Source: Spirochaetia bacterium (GTDB taxonomy: Bacteria > Spirochaetota > Spirochaetia > UBA9216). From it: a DNA stretch of 64,000 bases. The translations under genes were made by a program, and so were the position numbers. The notes under the pieces were generated by a model that had not been told where the DNA came from, did no database searches, and saw only the letters and a list, made by a program, of their open reading frames with translations. The first letter of the stretch is position 1. The number at the start of each line of letters is the position of its first letter. Below, piece after piece: positions 50,315 to 61,533 of this stretch. Location of the stretch: contig OZ223269.1 of assembly GCA_965140585.1 (NCBI GenBank), forward strand, positions 608,001 through 672,000, in the 5' to 3' direction.

Positions 50315-50342
50315 TTGACAGTATTACTATTATCAGTATAAT
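50315..50342 (+). promoter_or_regulatory. sigma70 promoter of ispE
   Basis: TTGACA-16 nt-TATAAT, perfect hexamers. Confidence 0.8.
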
Positions 50343-50353
50343 AGTCTGACATT

Positions 50354-51235
50354 ATGGACAGGGTATGTTTTATTGAGGCACCTGCAAAACTGAATCTGCA
50401 TCTGCAGGTTGGAAGAAAAAGGCAGGATGGTTATCATGAAATATGCTCGCTTGTTACAATGGTCGATCTTTGCGACAAGTTGTTCATAAGTTCTTTGAAA
50501 ATTGGTAACAGATGCGAGATAGAAGGTAGCTTTGACTGTAATACTCAGGATAATTTAATATATAAAGCCTGGCAAAGCTATTGTGAAGCATCCGGAAACA
50601 AAATTGGTATTCATGTAAGGGTAGAGAAGAATATTCCTTCTCAGGCAGGTATGGGCGGCGGATCATCTGATGCGGCAGCGGTACTTAAAGCATTGAATTA
50701 TCTTGAAGGTAATCCTCTGCGTTTGGAGCAGCTTATGGAAATCGGTGCCGGGTTAGGCAGTGATATTCCGCTTTTTTTCAGCAGTCCATACAGTCTTATA
50801 AAGGGCCGTGGTGAAAATGTCAAAGCTCTTGATTTTAAAGGTATTTATAATATTCTTGTTATCCAGCCTGATGTTCAGATATCTACAGGAGGCGCTTATT
50901 CGAAATTAGCGCGTACCGCTGAATACCCGGAATTATTTCTTCCGGATGAAACTATGATAAAAGTTTTACCTGCAGCCGGTCTTTACAGGACCTCATTTTG
51001 TAATGATTTTCTTGCAGCGGTTAGTGATGGTAATGATATTTTTTCTAATATTATCAGTAATTTATACGCACAGGGAGCCTGCTACAGTAACCTGACAGGC
51101 AGCGGATCAGTTGTTTTTGGTCTGTTTGACTGTGAAAAAAATGCTGAAAAGGCTTATAAAGCCCTTAAATGCGAATATAAATTCGTTCAGAAAATAAAAT
51201 CGCTTGATAGAATTCCATATGCCATATTAGAATAA
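50354..51235 (+). CDS. ispE: 4-diphosphocytidyl-2-C-methyl-D-erythritol kinase
   Basis: APAKLNLHL, KNIPSQAGMGGGSSDAA, LTGSGS. Confidence 0.95.
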   Translation: MDRVCFIEAPAKLNLHLQVGRKRQDGYHEICSLVTMVDLCDKLFISSLKIGNRCEIEGSFDCNTQDNLIYKAWQSYCEASGNKIGIHVRVEKNIPSQAGMGGGSSDAAAVLKALNYLEGNPLRLEQLMEIGAGLGSDIPLFFSSPYSLIKGRGENVKALDFKGIYNILVIQPDVQISTGGAYSKLARTAEYPELFLPDETMIKVLPAAGLYRTSFCNDFLAAVSDGNDIFSNIISNLYAQGACYSNLTGSGSVVFGLFDCEKNAEKAYKALKCEYKFVQKIKSLDRIPYAILE

Positions 51236-51270
51236 TTATGCCTGATTAATGTACAAGCAAGGAGAGGTGT

Positions 51271-51564
51271 ATGGACATTACTGATATCCGTATTCGGAGA
51301 GTTAGTGCTGACGGGAAACTGCGGGCTTATGTAACAGTGACTTTTGAGGATTGTTTTGTTGTCCACAATGTTAAAGTTATTGAAGGCAAAAATGGAGCGT
51401 TTATAGCGATGCCGAGCAGGAAGACCAAAACCGGGGAATACAAAGATGTTGCTCATCCGATAAATTCGGATTTCCGTGGTCTTCTACAGCAGAGAATTCT
51501 TGAAGAGTATGAAAAAGCTCTGACAGATGACTCAACTATCATGCTGGAATCTGAGGACATCTAA
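51271..51564 (+). CDS. spoVG: SpoVG nucleic-acid-binding protein
   Basis: [22 protein letters not shown]. Confidence 0.96.
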   Translation: MDITDIRIRRVSADGKLRAYVTVTFEDCFVVHNVKVIEGKNGAFIAMPSRKTKTGEYKDVAHPINSDFRGLLQQRILEEYEKALTDDSTIMLESEDI

Positions 51565-51652
51565 GTATTACGAACTATTACAGGTACTTATCTAAAAAAA
51601 CTCCGCTATCGTAGGCTTATAACTTGTCTGTTACCAGAAAATGAATTATTCT

Positions 51653-51725
51653 TGGGACGTCGGCAAGCGGTTAAGCCTCCGGTTTTTGGAGCCGGCATAC
51701 GCAGGTTCGAATCCTGCCGTCCCAG
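51653..51725 (+). tRNA. tRNA-Gln(TTG)
   Basis: Acceptor TGGGACG/CGTCCCA, anticodon arm CCGGT-TTTTGGA-GCCGG, GGTTCGAATCC; typical ispE-tRNA-Gln-rplY context. Confidence 0.93.
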
Positions 51726-51767
51726 TATAAATATAAACAACTTAAAACAGGGTAAGGAGAACCAGAA

Positions 51768-52382
51768 ATGGAAGACAATAAAACCTTCAGCGCTGTAGCC
51801 AGAACTGAATTCAGGAAGAGTGCAGCTAAAAGGATCAGAAACGCTGGTAAAATTCCGGCAGTTATTTACGGGCATTCAGAACCCGTTCATCTATCTCTTG
51901 ATGAAAGAGAATTTATGAGAAAATTCGGAAAGAATTCTGAAAGTACTATTATTACCGTCAATGTTGAAGGGAAAGAATATGATGTTCTCATCAAGGATTT
52001 TCAGGAAGATATTGTCAAGGGTCAGATTAAACATGTAGATTTCTTTGAGATTGAAAGAGGTAAGACTCTTAAAACACATGTGCCTATTCACCTTGTTGGA
52101 ACTGCAAAAGGTGTAAAGGAAGGCGGTGTTCTTGAACAGCAGATGCATGAGTTTGAAGTAGAGTGTCTTCCTAAAGATATTCCCGAAGCAATTGAAATTG
52201 ATGTTAAGAATCTTCTTTCAGGTGATGCTATCCATGTTGCAGATGTAGTAGTTCCTGAAGGAGTTAAAATTCTCAGTGCTGAAGATCTTTCAGTAGTTTC
52301 TGTAACGGTTGTTAAACAGTCAGTTGAAGCAGCTGAAGACGATGAAGCTGAAGGCGAAGAAGCTGAGGAAAGTGCAGAATAA
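51768..52382 (+). CDS. rplY: 50S ribosomal protein L25/Ctc
   Basis: IPAVIYG, HVDF, GVKEGG, acidic tail. Confidence 0.95.
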   Translation: MEDNKTFSAVARTEFRKSAAKRIRNAGKIPAVIYGHSEPVHLSLDEREFMRKFGKNSESTIITVNVEGKEYDVLIKDFQEDIVKGQIKHVDFFEIERGKTLKTHVPIHLVGTAKGVKEGGVLEQQMHEFEVECLPKDIPEAIEIDVKNLLSGDAIHVADVVVPEGVKILSAEDLSVVSVTVVKQSVEAAEDDEAEGEEAEESAE

Positions 52383-52953
52383 CAGCAACCTGCTTATAAT
52401 AGGGCTGGGTAATCCAGGCCCTGATTATCAAAATACAAGGCATAATGCCGGTTTTGATACAGTAGCCATAATTGCTGAGAAGCTCGGCATCTCTTTCAAA
52501 AAACCTTTTCTTAAACCGGTGATGATTGGTCATGGTATTCATGGAAATACCGATATCTCACTTGTCATGCCCCTAACTTATATGAACCTGTCCGGACAAG
52601 TCCTAAATTACTGTATGCAGAAAACAAAAACCACAATTGATCAGGTTATAATCGTTTGTGACAATATGGATCTTAAACCCGGAAAAATCAGACTTAAGAA
52701 AAACGGCTCCAGTGCAGGGCATAACGGACTTAAATCAATTATTGCACATGCTGGAACCGGCGAATTTGCACGAATGTATATTGGAGTCGGCAGAAACAGT
52801 GATAATACAATCGAGCATGTTCTGGGCAGAATAGAAGGGCAGGAGCTTGATGAATATAATAATTCCCTGAATAGGGCTGCAGAAGCGCTTCTAAACCTGT
52901 CAGAGAAAAGTTTTGAGCAGGTTATGAATGAAATCAACCAGAAAAATCGTTGA
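52372..52953 (+). CDS. pth: Peptidyl-tRNA hydrolase
   Basis: GLGNPG, TRHNAGF, TYMNLSG, GHNGLKS. GTG start at 52372 is likely. Confidence 0.94.
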   Translation: MQNNSNLLIIGLGNPGPDYQNTRHNAGFDTVAIIAEKLGISFKKPFLKPVMIGHGIHGNTDISLVMPLTYMNLSGQVLNYCMQKTKTTIDQVIIVCDNMDLKPGKIRLKKNGSSAGHNGLKSIIAHAGTGEFARMYIGVGRNSDNTIEHVLGRIEGQELDEYNNSLNRAAEALLNLSEKSFEQVMNEINQKNR

Positions 52954-54334
52954 AAAAAAAGTCGCCGACTTTTTATACTCTCATAACATTCCCTATGAAT
53001 TTAATATTCTAATAGCCTTTTCCGGCGGTCCTGATTCGACAGCACTTGCTCATATATTAAAAAATATACCAAATTATAATCCCCGAATTATATGTGCCTA
53101 TTTTAATCATAATCTACGGGATTCTCACGAACTCCAGGCTGAATTGACTTATATAAGAGATTTTTCAAACAGGCTGGGAGTCGAATATGAGACCGGTGAG
53201 GCTGCAGAGGGTGCGATAGCCGAGTATTCCAGGAAATACAGGACCGGAATCGAAGATGCAGCAAGGGTCTTCAGGTACAGGTTTATAGCGGATTGTGCTG
53301 ACCGACATAACTTTGACTATATTGCAACAGGGCACAATATGGATGATCAGGCTGAAACCGTACTGATGCGTGTATTTCAGGGCGCAGGTATTCAGGGGCT
53401 CTCAGGTATACCCTCTGTACGGGGTAAGATTATTCGGCCTATGCTGGAGATTACAAAATCAGAAATTTTATCATATCTTAAAGAGATGGAACTTGGTTTC
53501 AGTCTTGATACAACAAATGAAAATAATGATTTTCTGCGAAATAGAATTCGACATAAACTCATTCCGGAAATCATAGAAATATTTCCGGGGCTATATACAG
53601 GAATAAAGTCTTTAACCGCACAGGCTGCAGAATATAATGATTTTATAAATACTTGTGTTAATACGAATATTGTTTGGGATGAATCTGAACCAGGAGTGTT
53701 CAGAACCAGAAAGGCTGATTTTTTTTGCCAGCATAGGATTATCAGGATAAAATCATTAATGAAACTGCTGTCAGAAAAGAAAATCAGTGATGATAAACGA
53801 ATTACATACAGTTCGATTGAGGCTGCAGTGTCTGTTGAAACAAGGCCTGCAAATACGATACTGCTTAAGACAAATGATTATCAGATATATACTTCCCGTA
53901 ACCATATTTTTGTTCAAAGACTTGTAAATCAGCATAAAAAAAGTTATCTTTTATACCTGAATAAAGATACTGTAAGGATTATAGACTCGGTTCTTCTTGA
54001 AGTTTCAAAGGAGCCGCCCGGAGATTGCGGATATTTAAAAATCTGCTGCAGAAAGACGGATTCCCCTATGGTCGTACGAAACTGCCGCGCAGGTGACCGA
54101 ATTCGAATCCGTGAAGGTTTAAAAGATCTTGGTAAATTATTCAGTGAATGGGGTGTTCTTTCAGCTGACAGAGATAATATTCCTGTTTTAGAAAACAGAC
54201 AGGGTATTACTGCTGTTTTAGGTGAACATCTTGGATATAAAAATAAACTTGCAGATTATGACTACGGTGACTGTCATGAAACTGAGGATTTTTATCTGAA
54301 AGTAAGCAAGCTAACGGAGACAACAGGTGAGTGA
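52928..54334 (+). CDS. tilS: tRNA(Ile)-lysidine synthase
   Basis: SGGPDS, AARVFRY, TGHNMDDQAET, RNRIR. Confidence 0.94.
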   Translation: MKSTRKIVEKKVADFLYSHNIPYEFNILIAFSGGPDSTALAHILKNIPNYNPRIICAYFNHNLRDSHELQAELTYIRDFSNRLGVEYETGEAAEGAIAEYSRKYRTGIEDAARVFRYRFIADCADRHNFDYIATGHNMDDQAETVLMRVFQGAGIQGLSGIPSVRGKIIRPMLEITKSEILSYLKEMELGFSLDTTNENNDFLRNRIRHKLIPEIIEIFPGLYTGIKSLTAQAAEYNDFINTCVNTNIVWDESEPGVFRTRKADFFCQHRIIRIKSLMKLLSEKKISDDKRITYSSIEAAVSVETRPANTILLKTNDYQIYTSRNHIFVQRLVNQHKKSYLLYLNKDTVRIIDSVLLEVSKEPPGDCGYLKICCRKTDSPMVVRNCRAGDRIRIREGLKDLGKLFSEWGVLSADRDNIPVLENRQGITAVLGEHLGYKNKLADYDYGDCHETEDFYLKVSKLTETTGE

Positions 54335-56213
54335 CCAAAAGGAAAACAACAGACCGGAGAAAGACCCTAAAAAGCCCGGCTTCGATTTCAACAATAATAA
54401 TAAATTTGCATTATTCTTTCTTCTTGCTTTGATTGTAATGTTTTTTATTCTTTTTCTCGTAAATGATTCGGATGCCGGTATGGAGATACCGTACTCAACT
54501 TTTCTTAATTATCTTGATGAAGGGCAGATTTCTGCTGTAAAGATTTTTGATAACAAGACAATTCAGGGTACACTGAGCAGTCCTTCAGGACAGAAGACTG
54601 TGTTTGAAACCGAAATTCCGTATTATGACGATTATCTGATGCAGAAACTGACAGATAAAAATGTCATAGTTGAGGGTGCAGAAAAAGGGAATACTGCTGC
54701 GACTATTTTTATTCAGATAGTACCCTGGCTGATTGGCTTCGCATTTATCTGGTTTATGCTCCGGCAGATGCAGGGCGGAGGAAACAAAGCCTTTTCTTTC
54801 GGAAAAAGCAAGGCGAAGCGATATACCCAGAATGATAAAAAAATCACTTTTGCTGATGTAGCAGGGCAGCAGGAAGCTAAATATGAACTTGAGGAAGTTG
54901 TCGACTTTCTCAAGAATCCTGACAAATTCAGAAAACTTGGTGCAAGAGTACCTAAGGGTGTGCTGCTTGTTGGAATGCCTGGTACAGGTAAAACACTTCT
55001 CGCAAAGGCGGCTGCAGGTGAAGCGGGTGTAAACTTTTTTCATATGTCCGGTTCGGATTTTGTTGAAATGTTTGTAGGTGTAGGTGCCAGCAGGGTTCGG
55101 GATCTTTTTGATCAGGGACGTAAAAATGCTCCCTGTATTCTTTTTATTGATGAACTTGATGCTGTCGGACGTACCAGAGGTGCAGGTTACGGCGGAGGTC
55201 ACGATGAGCGTGAACAGACCCTTAACCAGATGCTTGTGGAAATGGACGGTTTTGATACAAAAGACGGTGTTATTATACTTGCCGCTACAAACAGGCCTGA
55301 TGTACTTGACCCTGCGCTTTTAAGGCCGGGCAGATTTGATCGTCAGGTAGTAGTTGATATGCCGGATTTAATTGAACGAAAAGCAATACTTGGTATACAT
55401 GCACAGAAGATTAATCTGGCTCCTGATGTAGATCTTGAAAGAATAGCCCGGGCCACTCCAGGAACTTCCGGTGCAGATTTGGCTAACCTTGTAAATGAAG
55501 CGGCTCTTTTTGCAGGCAGACACGGTGTTGATGAGGTCAGCAGCGAACATTTTGAGGAAGCACGTGACAAAATACTTCTGGGTGTTGCGCGTAAATCCCG
55601 CATGATAAGTCCGGAAGAGAAAAGAGCTACAGCCTATCATGAAGCCGGACATGCACTTATGCACTATCATCTTGAATATGCTGATCCCCTGCATAAGGTT
55701 ACAGTCATTCCGCACGGGCAGGCTCTTGGACTTGCAATGTCTCTTCCCGAGAAGGATTCTTATTCAAAGAACAGAGGCTGGCTGCTTGACCGAATCAAGA
55801 TTGCAATGGGCGGTTATGTTGCAGAAAATATTGAATACGGCCAGACAACTACGGGAACCAAGAACGACATTGAGCAGGCAACTAATCTTGCCAGAAGAAT
55901 GGTTACTGAATGGGGTATGTCTGAAAAGCTCGGATTTGTTTCATACGGCAGCGATGAAGAACCTATTTTTATAGGCAAGGAAATAGCCAGGCACAAGGAT
56001 TATTCTGAAGAAACAGCCAATATGATTGATGCTGAAATAAAGCAGATTTTAAATAACTGTCTTAAGGAAACAACTGATATACTTACAAAGAATAAAGAGC
56101 AGCTTGTGAAACTGGCAGATGCGCTGGTGGAGGAAGAAACCCTTGATGATGCAAGAATAAGAGTCCTTCTTGATTTACCGCTCCCTGAAAAAAATGCTGA
56201 TTTTACTTCATAA
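54327..56213 (+). CDS. ftsH: ATP-dependent zinc metalloprotease FtsH
   Basis: Two TMs, [29 protein letters not shown]. Confidence 0.98.
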   Translation: MSDQKENNRPEKDPKKPGFDFNNNNKFALFFLLALIVMFFILFLVNDSDAGMEIPYSTFLNYLDEGQISAVKIFDNKTIQGTLSSPSGQKTVFETEIPYYDDYLMQKLTDKNVIVEGAEKGNTAATIFIQIVPWLIGFAFIWFMLRQMQGGGNKAFSFGKSKAKRYTQNDKKITFADVAGQQEAKYELEEVVDFLKNPDKFRKLGARVPKGVLLVGMPGTGKTLLAKAAAGEAGVNFFHMSGSDFVEMFVGVGASRVRDLFDQGRKNAPCILFIDELDAVGRTRGAGYGGGHDEREQTLNQMLVEMDGFDTKDGVIILAATNRPDVLDPALLRPGRFDRQVVVDMPDLIERKAILGIHAQKINLAPDVDLERIARATPGTSGADLANLVNEAALFAGRHGVDEVSSEHFEEARDKILLGVARKSRMISPEEKRATAYHEAGHALMHYHLEYADPLHKVTVIPHGQALGLAMSLPEKDSYSKNRGWLLDRIKIAMGGYVAENIEYGQTTTGTKNDIEQATNLARRMVTEWGMSEKLGFVSYGSDEEPIFIGKEIARHKDYSEETANMIDAEIKQILNNCLKETTDILTKNKEQLVKLADALVEEETLDDARIRVLLDLPLPEKNADFTS

Positions 56214-56240
56214 GTATTTTTACATAAACAATTTGGAGAT

Positions 56241-56279
56241 AAACCCCCATCATACCGATAATGAGAGGGGGTTTTTTTT
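56241..56279 (+). terminator. Rho-independent terminator after ftsH
   Basis: AAACCCCC...GGGGGTTT followed by a T-tract. Confidence 0.7.
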
Positions 56280-57944
56280 ATGTCTCTGAAAAAATTAAAC
56301 AAATGCATCTTTATTTTTCTGATAATCGTATCCGGGAATGTTTTTGCTGTATCTACCGACCGCCAAATCAGTATTGTTTACCTTAAAAAGGCTGCTGCCG
56401 CATATCAGCTTGATGACTATGAATTAAGCGAATCCCTGATCGATAAAGTTGATGAATTTTACGAGACTTCATCAGATTCGGCCTTTCTGAAGGGGATGAT
56501 AGCCTGGAAACGGGATAATAAGATTCCTATGGCTCAGGCATATATGTCTGCAGCACTTAAATATGATGACTGGCTGATCTTTTCAACTTCAGACTGTATG
56601 TCGGAACTTTCCCTCCTGATGTTCAGGACAAAACAGTATGCTGAACTTGTAGATTTTGTCGAGACAAAATATTATCCCTCTTATTCAGACGTGGATTTAA
56701 TGTATATATATGTGCTTTGTTTAAAATATCGTAATGATGACAGGTATCAGGATATACTTGAAAGAGCAGTAAAAAGATACCCCTATGACTACCGTTTTGC
56801 CGGACTCTACTCAAAGATAAGCGGTGACTATCTTCATAAACTCATAAGAAATGAATTAATATTTGATGATAAGGATGGATATCTTGAAATCCTGGCAGAT
56901 TCTTTAAAACTTCTTGATGATCATGAAAAAAAGACTGTGATGGAAAGATATCAGCGAGACGGCGGCTCTTCGGTAGAAGTACTTTTGAATGATTATCGTC
57001 TTAATGGAACACTTGATGATAGCAGGATTTTACAACTGCTGAACAGAAATATTCTCGAATCAAGGGCGTTAACCGCTGAGCTAAAAAAGTCTGTACCTTA
57101 TTTGAGCGGAAGGGAAATAATCAAAAAAGCAGAAAGCGAATATACCGGAAAAATATATGAAGATACCAACGGGGATAATTTCTATGAAGAACTATATCTT
57201 TATGAAAACGGTTTATTAACAGGTCTCAGTATAGATGACAATCAGGATGGAATAATTGAGCTTATTATAATATTTAAAAACGGTGCTCCCGTGGAAGTGC
57301 TGTACACGGATAAAGATTTCATAAGAGTGACGTATTTAGATTACCCGTTTGTTGATGAAATAAGTATTACAGGAAACGGTATACTCAAAGTATATACAAT
57401 GATAGCCAATTCTGTCCGTATTGACTTTTTAACTCCGCCTTCAGGTCTTGAAAGAATTAATCCGAAAATGGAGAGAATAATGGAAGCAGTCAGTGACGAT
57501 GATTACATGACCGATAATTCAGTACGAATAGCTGAGTACAGCTCCAGAAACTCTGCTGATACAATGGATCGGCTTATTAAGGAATGGAATCGCCGGGATG
57601 AAAAGATTTCGGTGCTTAGTGTATATAATGAACTCAATGGAAATTATACGTATATTCAGAGCATGAACGAAACCCTTATGGGATTTAAAGATATTAATTA
57701 TGATGAATTAGTTGATATGAAAGAGAATTATGTAAATGGAAAAATTGTTTCAATAGAGGCTGATGAAAATTCAAATGGAATTTATGAGTATAAAATTGAG
57801 TTTAATGGTCAGCAGCAGATTTCATTATGGGATTTTAATGAAGATGGTATTTACGACTGCAGAGTTTATGAAAAAGATGGTACAGTATATAAAGAATTTT
57901 CTTCTAAAATGGATGGAGAATTCGATCTGGTAGAAAAGGACTAA
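56280..57944 (+). CDS. Exported protein, TPR-like N-terminus with repeated DxNxDG motifs
   Basis: Signal peptide; DTNGDN, DDNQDG, DINYDE, DENSNG, DFNEDG. Confidence 0.6.
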   Translation: MSLKKLNKCIFIFLIIVSGNVFAVSTDRQISIVYLKKAAAAYQLDDYELSESLIDKVDEFYETSSDSAFLKGMIAWKRDNKIPMAQAYMSAALKYDDWLIFSTSDCMSELSLLMFRTKQYAELVDFVETKYYPSYSDVDLMYIYVLCLKYRNDDRYQDILERAVKRYPYDYRFAGLYSKISGDYLHKLIRNELIFDDKDGYLEILADSLKLLDDHEKKTVMERYQRDGGSSVEVLLNDYRLNGTLDDSRILQLLNRNILESRALTAELKKSVPYLSGREIIKKAESEYTGKIYEDTNGDNFYEELYLYENGLLTGLSIDDNQDGIIELIIIFKNGAPVEVLYTDKDFIRVTYLDYPFVDEISITGNGILKVYTMIANSVRIDFLTPPSGLERINPKMERIMEAVSDDDYMTDNSVRIAEYSSRNSADTMDRLIKEWNRRDEKISVLSVYNELNGNYTYIQSMNETLMGFKDINYDELVDMKENYVNGKIVSIEADENSNGIYEYKIEFNGQQQISLWDFNEDGIYDCRVYEKDGTVYKEFSSKMDGEFDLVEKD

Positions 57945-57946
57945 AA

Positions 57947-59749
57947 ATGAAGTTTTTGCTGAGAATCTGTATCCTGGTGAGTTTTACTTCGATATTCTCC
58001 TGTGTGACTGATGATAATACCGAGATAAATTCGGCAACATTCTATGAAAATACCAAATCACAGCTGAATGACTATATGGCAGATAACAAGTATCAGAAAA
58101 CACTTGTGAGATCTGAAATATTATTAAATGAAGATGGACTTATTCCCGAATTCAGAAATAGTCTTCTTGATTATAATGAAAAAGCCCGAAACGGATTACT
58201 GAAAAGTTTTGGTCAGGCTGTTGAGACATATGATTATGATACTGCAGCTGCATATCTTTCTTCACTGAATGCTGCAGGTGTGGAGACAGGGGACAATGTC
58301 AGTGAACTGTATGTTAAACAAACTGTTTTATATCTTGAAGGCAGTGAAAAGTCACGAGGCCTGATATATTTTCTTGACAGAATAATTAATAGGGAACTGG
58401 AGACTAAGTTAAGTGATGAGCAGTTAAATCTGATTTTCAATACTGCTTTGGAGCAGAAAAATAAGGCTGTTCTTGATTTTCTGGTCACAGATTATCCTGA
58501 GTTGTCAGTTGATTTAAAAGAGGCTGTATCAATACTTGATGAAAAACCAAAGCCGTTTGAAATGCTGAAAGGTACCGCTACAATCTGGGTTAACCGTGGG
58601 ATTAGAATTGAAAGCGGAGTAGGATATCCTGACAGAGTGATAGGAAGCGGATTTTTTATTGATAAATCAGGGTACCTGATTACCAACTATCATGTTATTG
58701 CCAGTGAAGTTGATCCGGAGTACGAAGGTTATTCAAGGCTCTATATTAAAACAGATAATTCCGATATCAGAATTCCTGCAGAGGTTATCGGATATGATCC
58801 TTCTCTCGATCTTGCGCTTCTTAAAACTAGCTATGAGCCAGAGTTTATTTTCAACTTTTCAAAAACAAGAAGCTTTACACCGGGTGAAAAGATTTTTGCA
58901 ATTGGTTCTCCCGGCGGACTGGAGAAAACTATTACATCGGGTATTATTTCGGCATCCGGTGATAGAAGACTTCTTCCTATAGGAGATACCATTCAGGTTG
59001 ATGTTCCAATAAATGCCGGTAACAGCGGAGGTCCGGTTGTCGATGAAAACGGCGATCTGGTTGGAATTGTCTTTGCAGGAATTGAACAGTTTGAAGGCGT
59101 AAATTTTATAATTCCTTCAAGATGGGTAGTTCATGCTCTACCTTATTTATTTGACGGCGGTAAAATGAAAAAATCCTGGATTGGTACTGCAGTTTATGAA
59201 AGTCATGAGACTGGGGCAGAGAACCTCGATATTCTTTATATTGATCCTTCTTCTAGTATTTCAGGATGGAGGCTTAACCCTGGTGACAGGATTATTTCTA
59301 TTGACGGCACGCCTGTTAACCGGATTGCAGATGCTCAGGAAATCCTTATTTCAAAGAAGCCCGGCAGTATTATAAAGTTGGAAGTTTTAAGCGGTGAAGA
59401 CAGGAAGCAAATTCTTGTTTTAACGGATGAACGCCCCGACATACCGCTAGCTGATGCAATTCATGGTGAGGAACCCTATTCTATAATACCGGCTTTATTC
59501 GGTATGCAGATAAGTGAAGGCGATTCCGGATTTATAAGTAAGGAATATATAATAAATGAAGTTTATCCAGGAATGCCGGCTGATGAAACCGGGTTATCAA
59601 TAAATGACCCATTCAGCATAAGTTCATGGTATTATGATGATGAAAATGAAATAATTCTTATGAACTTAAAAATTAAAAAAAGGAAAGCTGGATTTCTTGA
59701 AACAGTAATACAATTGGGGAGTTATCTGGATATTAATAGAGTATTATGA
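57947..59749 (+). CDS. HtrA-like trypsin serine protease lipoprotein with PDZ domains
   Basis: Lipobox IFSC; TNYHVI, DLALL, GNSGGP catalytic triad; PDZ-like C-terminus. Confidence 0.88.
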   Translation: MKFLLRICILVSFTSIFSCVTDDNTEINSATFYENTKSQLNDYMADNKYQKTLVRSEILLNEDGLIPEFRNSLLDYNEKARNGLLKSFGQAVETYDYDTAAAYLSSLNAAGVETGDNVSELYVKQTVLYLEGSEKSRGLIYFLDRIINRELETKLSDEQLNLIFNTALEQKNKAVLDFLVTDYPELSVDLKEAVSILDEKPKPFEMLKGTATIWVNRGIRIESGVGYPDRVIGSGFFIDKSGYLITNYHVIASEVDPEYEGYSRLYIKTDNSDIRIPAEVIGYDPSLDLALLKTSYEPEFIFNFSKTRSFTPGEKIFAIGSPGGLEKTITSGIISASGDRRLLPIGDTIQVDVPINAGNSGGPVVDENGDLVGIVFAGIEQFEGVNFIIPSRWVVHALPYLFDGGKMKKSWIGTAVYESHETGAENLDILYIDPSSSISGWRLNPGDRIISIDGTPVNRIADAQEILISKKPGSIIKLEVLSGEDRKQILVLTDERPDIPLADAIHGEEPYSIIPALFGMQISEGDSGFISKEYIINEVYPGMPADETGLSINDPFSISSWYYDDENEIILMNLKIKKRKAGFLETVIQLGSYLDINRVL

Positions 59750-61533
59750 ATAAAAATAAGATTTTAATAGTTGAAGATGAGGGTATCCTGTCCCTCGATA
59801 TGGCTAACACTCTACATGAAATGGGTTACAGCGTAATAGACGCCGTTCCTTCCGGAGAAGAAGCTCTGGAGATGATAAAGAGGGACAAGCCTGATCTTAT
59901 TCTTATGGATATTCAGCTGTCCGGCGAGATGGATGGTATACAGACCGCTGAACAGATAAATAAGGCTTTCGCTATTCCTATAATCTATATAACCGGCTAT
60001 ACCGACGAACTTACACTTTCCAGAGCAAAGATTACAGCTCCATACGGATATATTACAAAATCATTTAATTACAATGAATTGCATTCCACGATCGAAATGG
60101 CTATATATAAGAGTCAATTGGAAAGAAAGGTTCATGAGAATGAATTTCTTCTAAATACAACTCTTGAGAATATAGAAGATGCTGTAATTACTATTGATAT
60201 GGATGGTAATATACAGTTCTTTAATAAACCGGCGGAAAAGCTGCTTAAAATTAAAAAGAATATAAATTCAACATTGAATATTGAACAGGTAGGTTTCAAA
60301 CTTCTTGATGATAATGATGAAGCCTATGTTCACCCCTTTCATACGAGACGTAAAAAGCGTTTTAAAAGTGAATACAGACTTAAGAATAAAACCGGTGGAA
60401 TTTTTTTACGGGTTGAGTTTGTGGTAACCACTCTTCTTGATACTTTCAAAGAGCCCGTGGGTTATGTATATGTACTGAGGGATATCGAGGAAAGAAAAAA
60501 AATTGAAACAATCAGTTCAAGGCTTGTCTCAATTGTTGAATCTTCAAGTGATGCAATCATTGGTATTAAAACAGACGGTACAATCAGAACCTGGAACAGC
60601 GGTGCTGAAGCAGTTTTCGGTTATACACCCATTGAGGTGATTGGTAAAAATATAAGCATGATAACGCCTTCGAATTACCCGAATGAATTAACTGAAAAGA
60701 TAGAAAAGTTAAAGAATCATGAGGTTGTTCTTCACTATGACGGAATCAGGCAGAAGAAGAATGGTGAGCTGGTACAAATGTCGATTCTTCCTTCGCCCAT
60801 TAAAGATAAGGATGGAAAAATCACCGGTATATCGGTTATAGCAAGAGATATTACCGAGAAGAAAGCTCTTGAAAAGGAAGTGCTTGAAACTAGTGAGAAA
60901 GAGCGGGAACGAATAGGTCAGGACTTGCATGACAGTCTTGGGCAGCAGCTTACTGGAATTCTGCTTAACGTCAAATCTCTTGAGAATGAATTAAAACCAT
61001 CTCAGCAGCCGGAGTTTATCGAAAAACTTAAAGAGACTGAAGATCTAATTAAAAATGCCATCATGCAGACCAGGGAGCTTGCTAAAGGGCTTGTACCTAT
61101 AAAGCTGCAGACTGAAGGTTTGCCGCATGCGTTGGAGGATCTTGCTAACTTTGCCAGAAGGGTTTATCAGATTTCTGTCGAAACACAGATTGATGAGCTG
61201 ATTAAACCGGTGAGTATCATAATAGAAACTCAGTTGTATCATATTGCTCAGGAAGCAATCAATAATGCAGCCAAACATGCAAACTGCACTAAACTTTTTA
61301 TTTATCTGCACATTGTACAATCGGAACTTATATTGTCCATAAAGGATAACGGAAAAGGTTTTTCTGAAACAAAAAAATCCGGAATTGGTTTAAGAATTAT
61401 GAGTTACAGGGCGAACATTATAAATGGTTCCATCTCAGTACACAGTGAGGAAGGAGAGGGGACCCTTGTGATTTGCAGGGTGCCGCTTAACTACGGGGAG
61501 AGAGAAGTTGTTGAAGAGGATAATAATAGTTGA
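59746..61533 (+). CDS. Hybrid REC-PAS-PAS HisKA_3 histidine kinase
   Basis: ILIVEDE/LMDIQL, two PAS, ERERIGQDLHDSLGQ, QEAINNAAKHA, DNGKG. Confidence 0.9.
   Translation: MNKNKILIVEDEGILSLDMANTLHEMGYSVIDAVPSGEEALEMIKRDKPDLILMDIQLSGEMDGIQTAEQINKAFAIPIIYITGYTDELTLSRAKITAPYGYITKSFNYNELHSTIEMAIYKSQLERKVHENEFLLNTTLENIEDAVITIDMDGNIQFFNKPAEKLLKIKKNINSTLNIEQVGFKLLDDNDEAYVHPFHTRRKKRFKSEYRLKNKTGGIFLRVEFVVTTLLDTFKEPVGYVYVLRDIEERKKIETISSRLVSIVESSSDAIIGIKTDGTIRTWNSGAEAVFGYTPIEVIGKNISMITPSNYPNELTEKIEKLKNHEVVLHYDGIRQKKNGELVQMSILPSPIKDKDGKITGISVIARDITEKKALEKEVLETSEKERERIGQDLHDSLGQQLTGILLNVKSLENELKPSQQPEFIEKLKETEDLIKNAIMQTRELAKGLVPIKLQTEGLPHALEDLANFARRVYQISVETQIDELIKPVSIIIETQLYHIAQEAINNAAKHANCTKLFIYLHIVQSELILSIKDNGKGFSETKKSGIGLRIMSYRANIINGSISVHSEEGEGTLVICRVPLNYGEREVVEEDNNS

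Noticed and set aside
54585-55202. Long antisense ORFs within ftsH, murG, gatC, obgE and others
   Set aside because: They lie opposite well-conserved genes, lack recognisable motifs, and are expected from codon bias.
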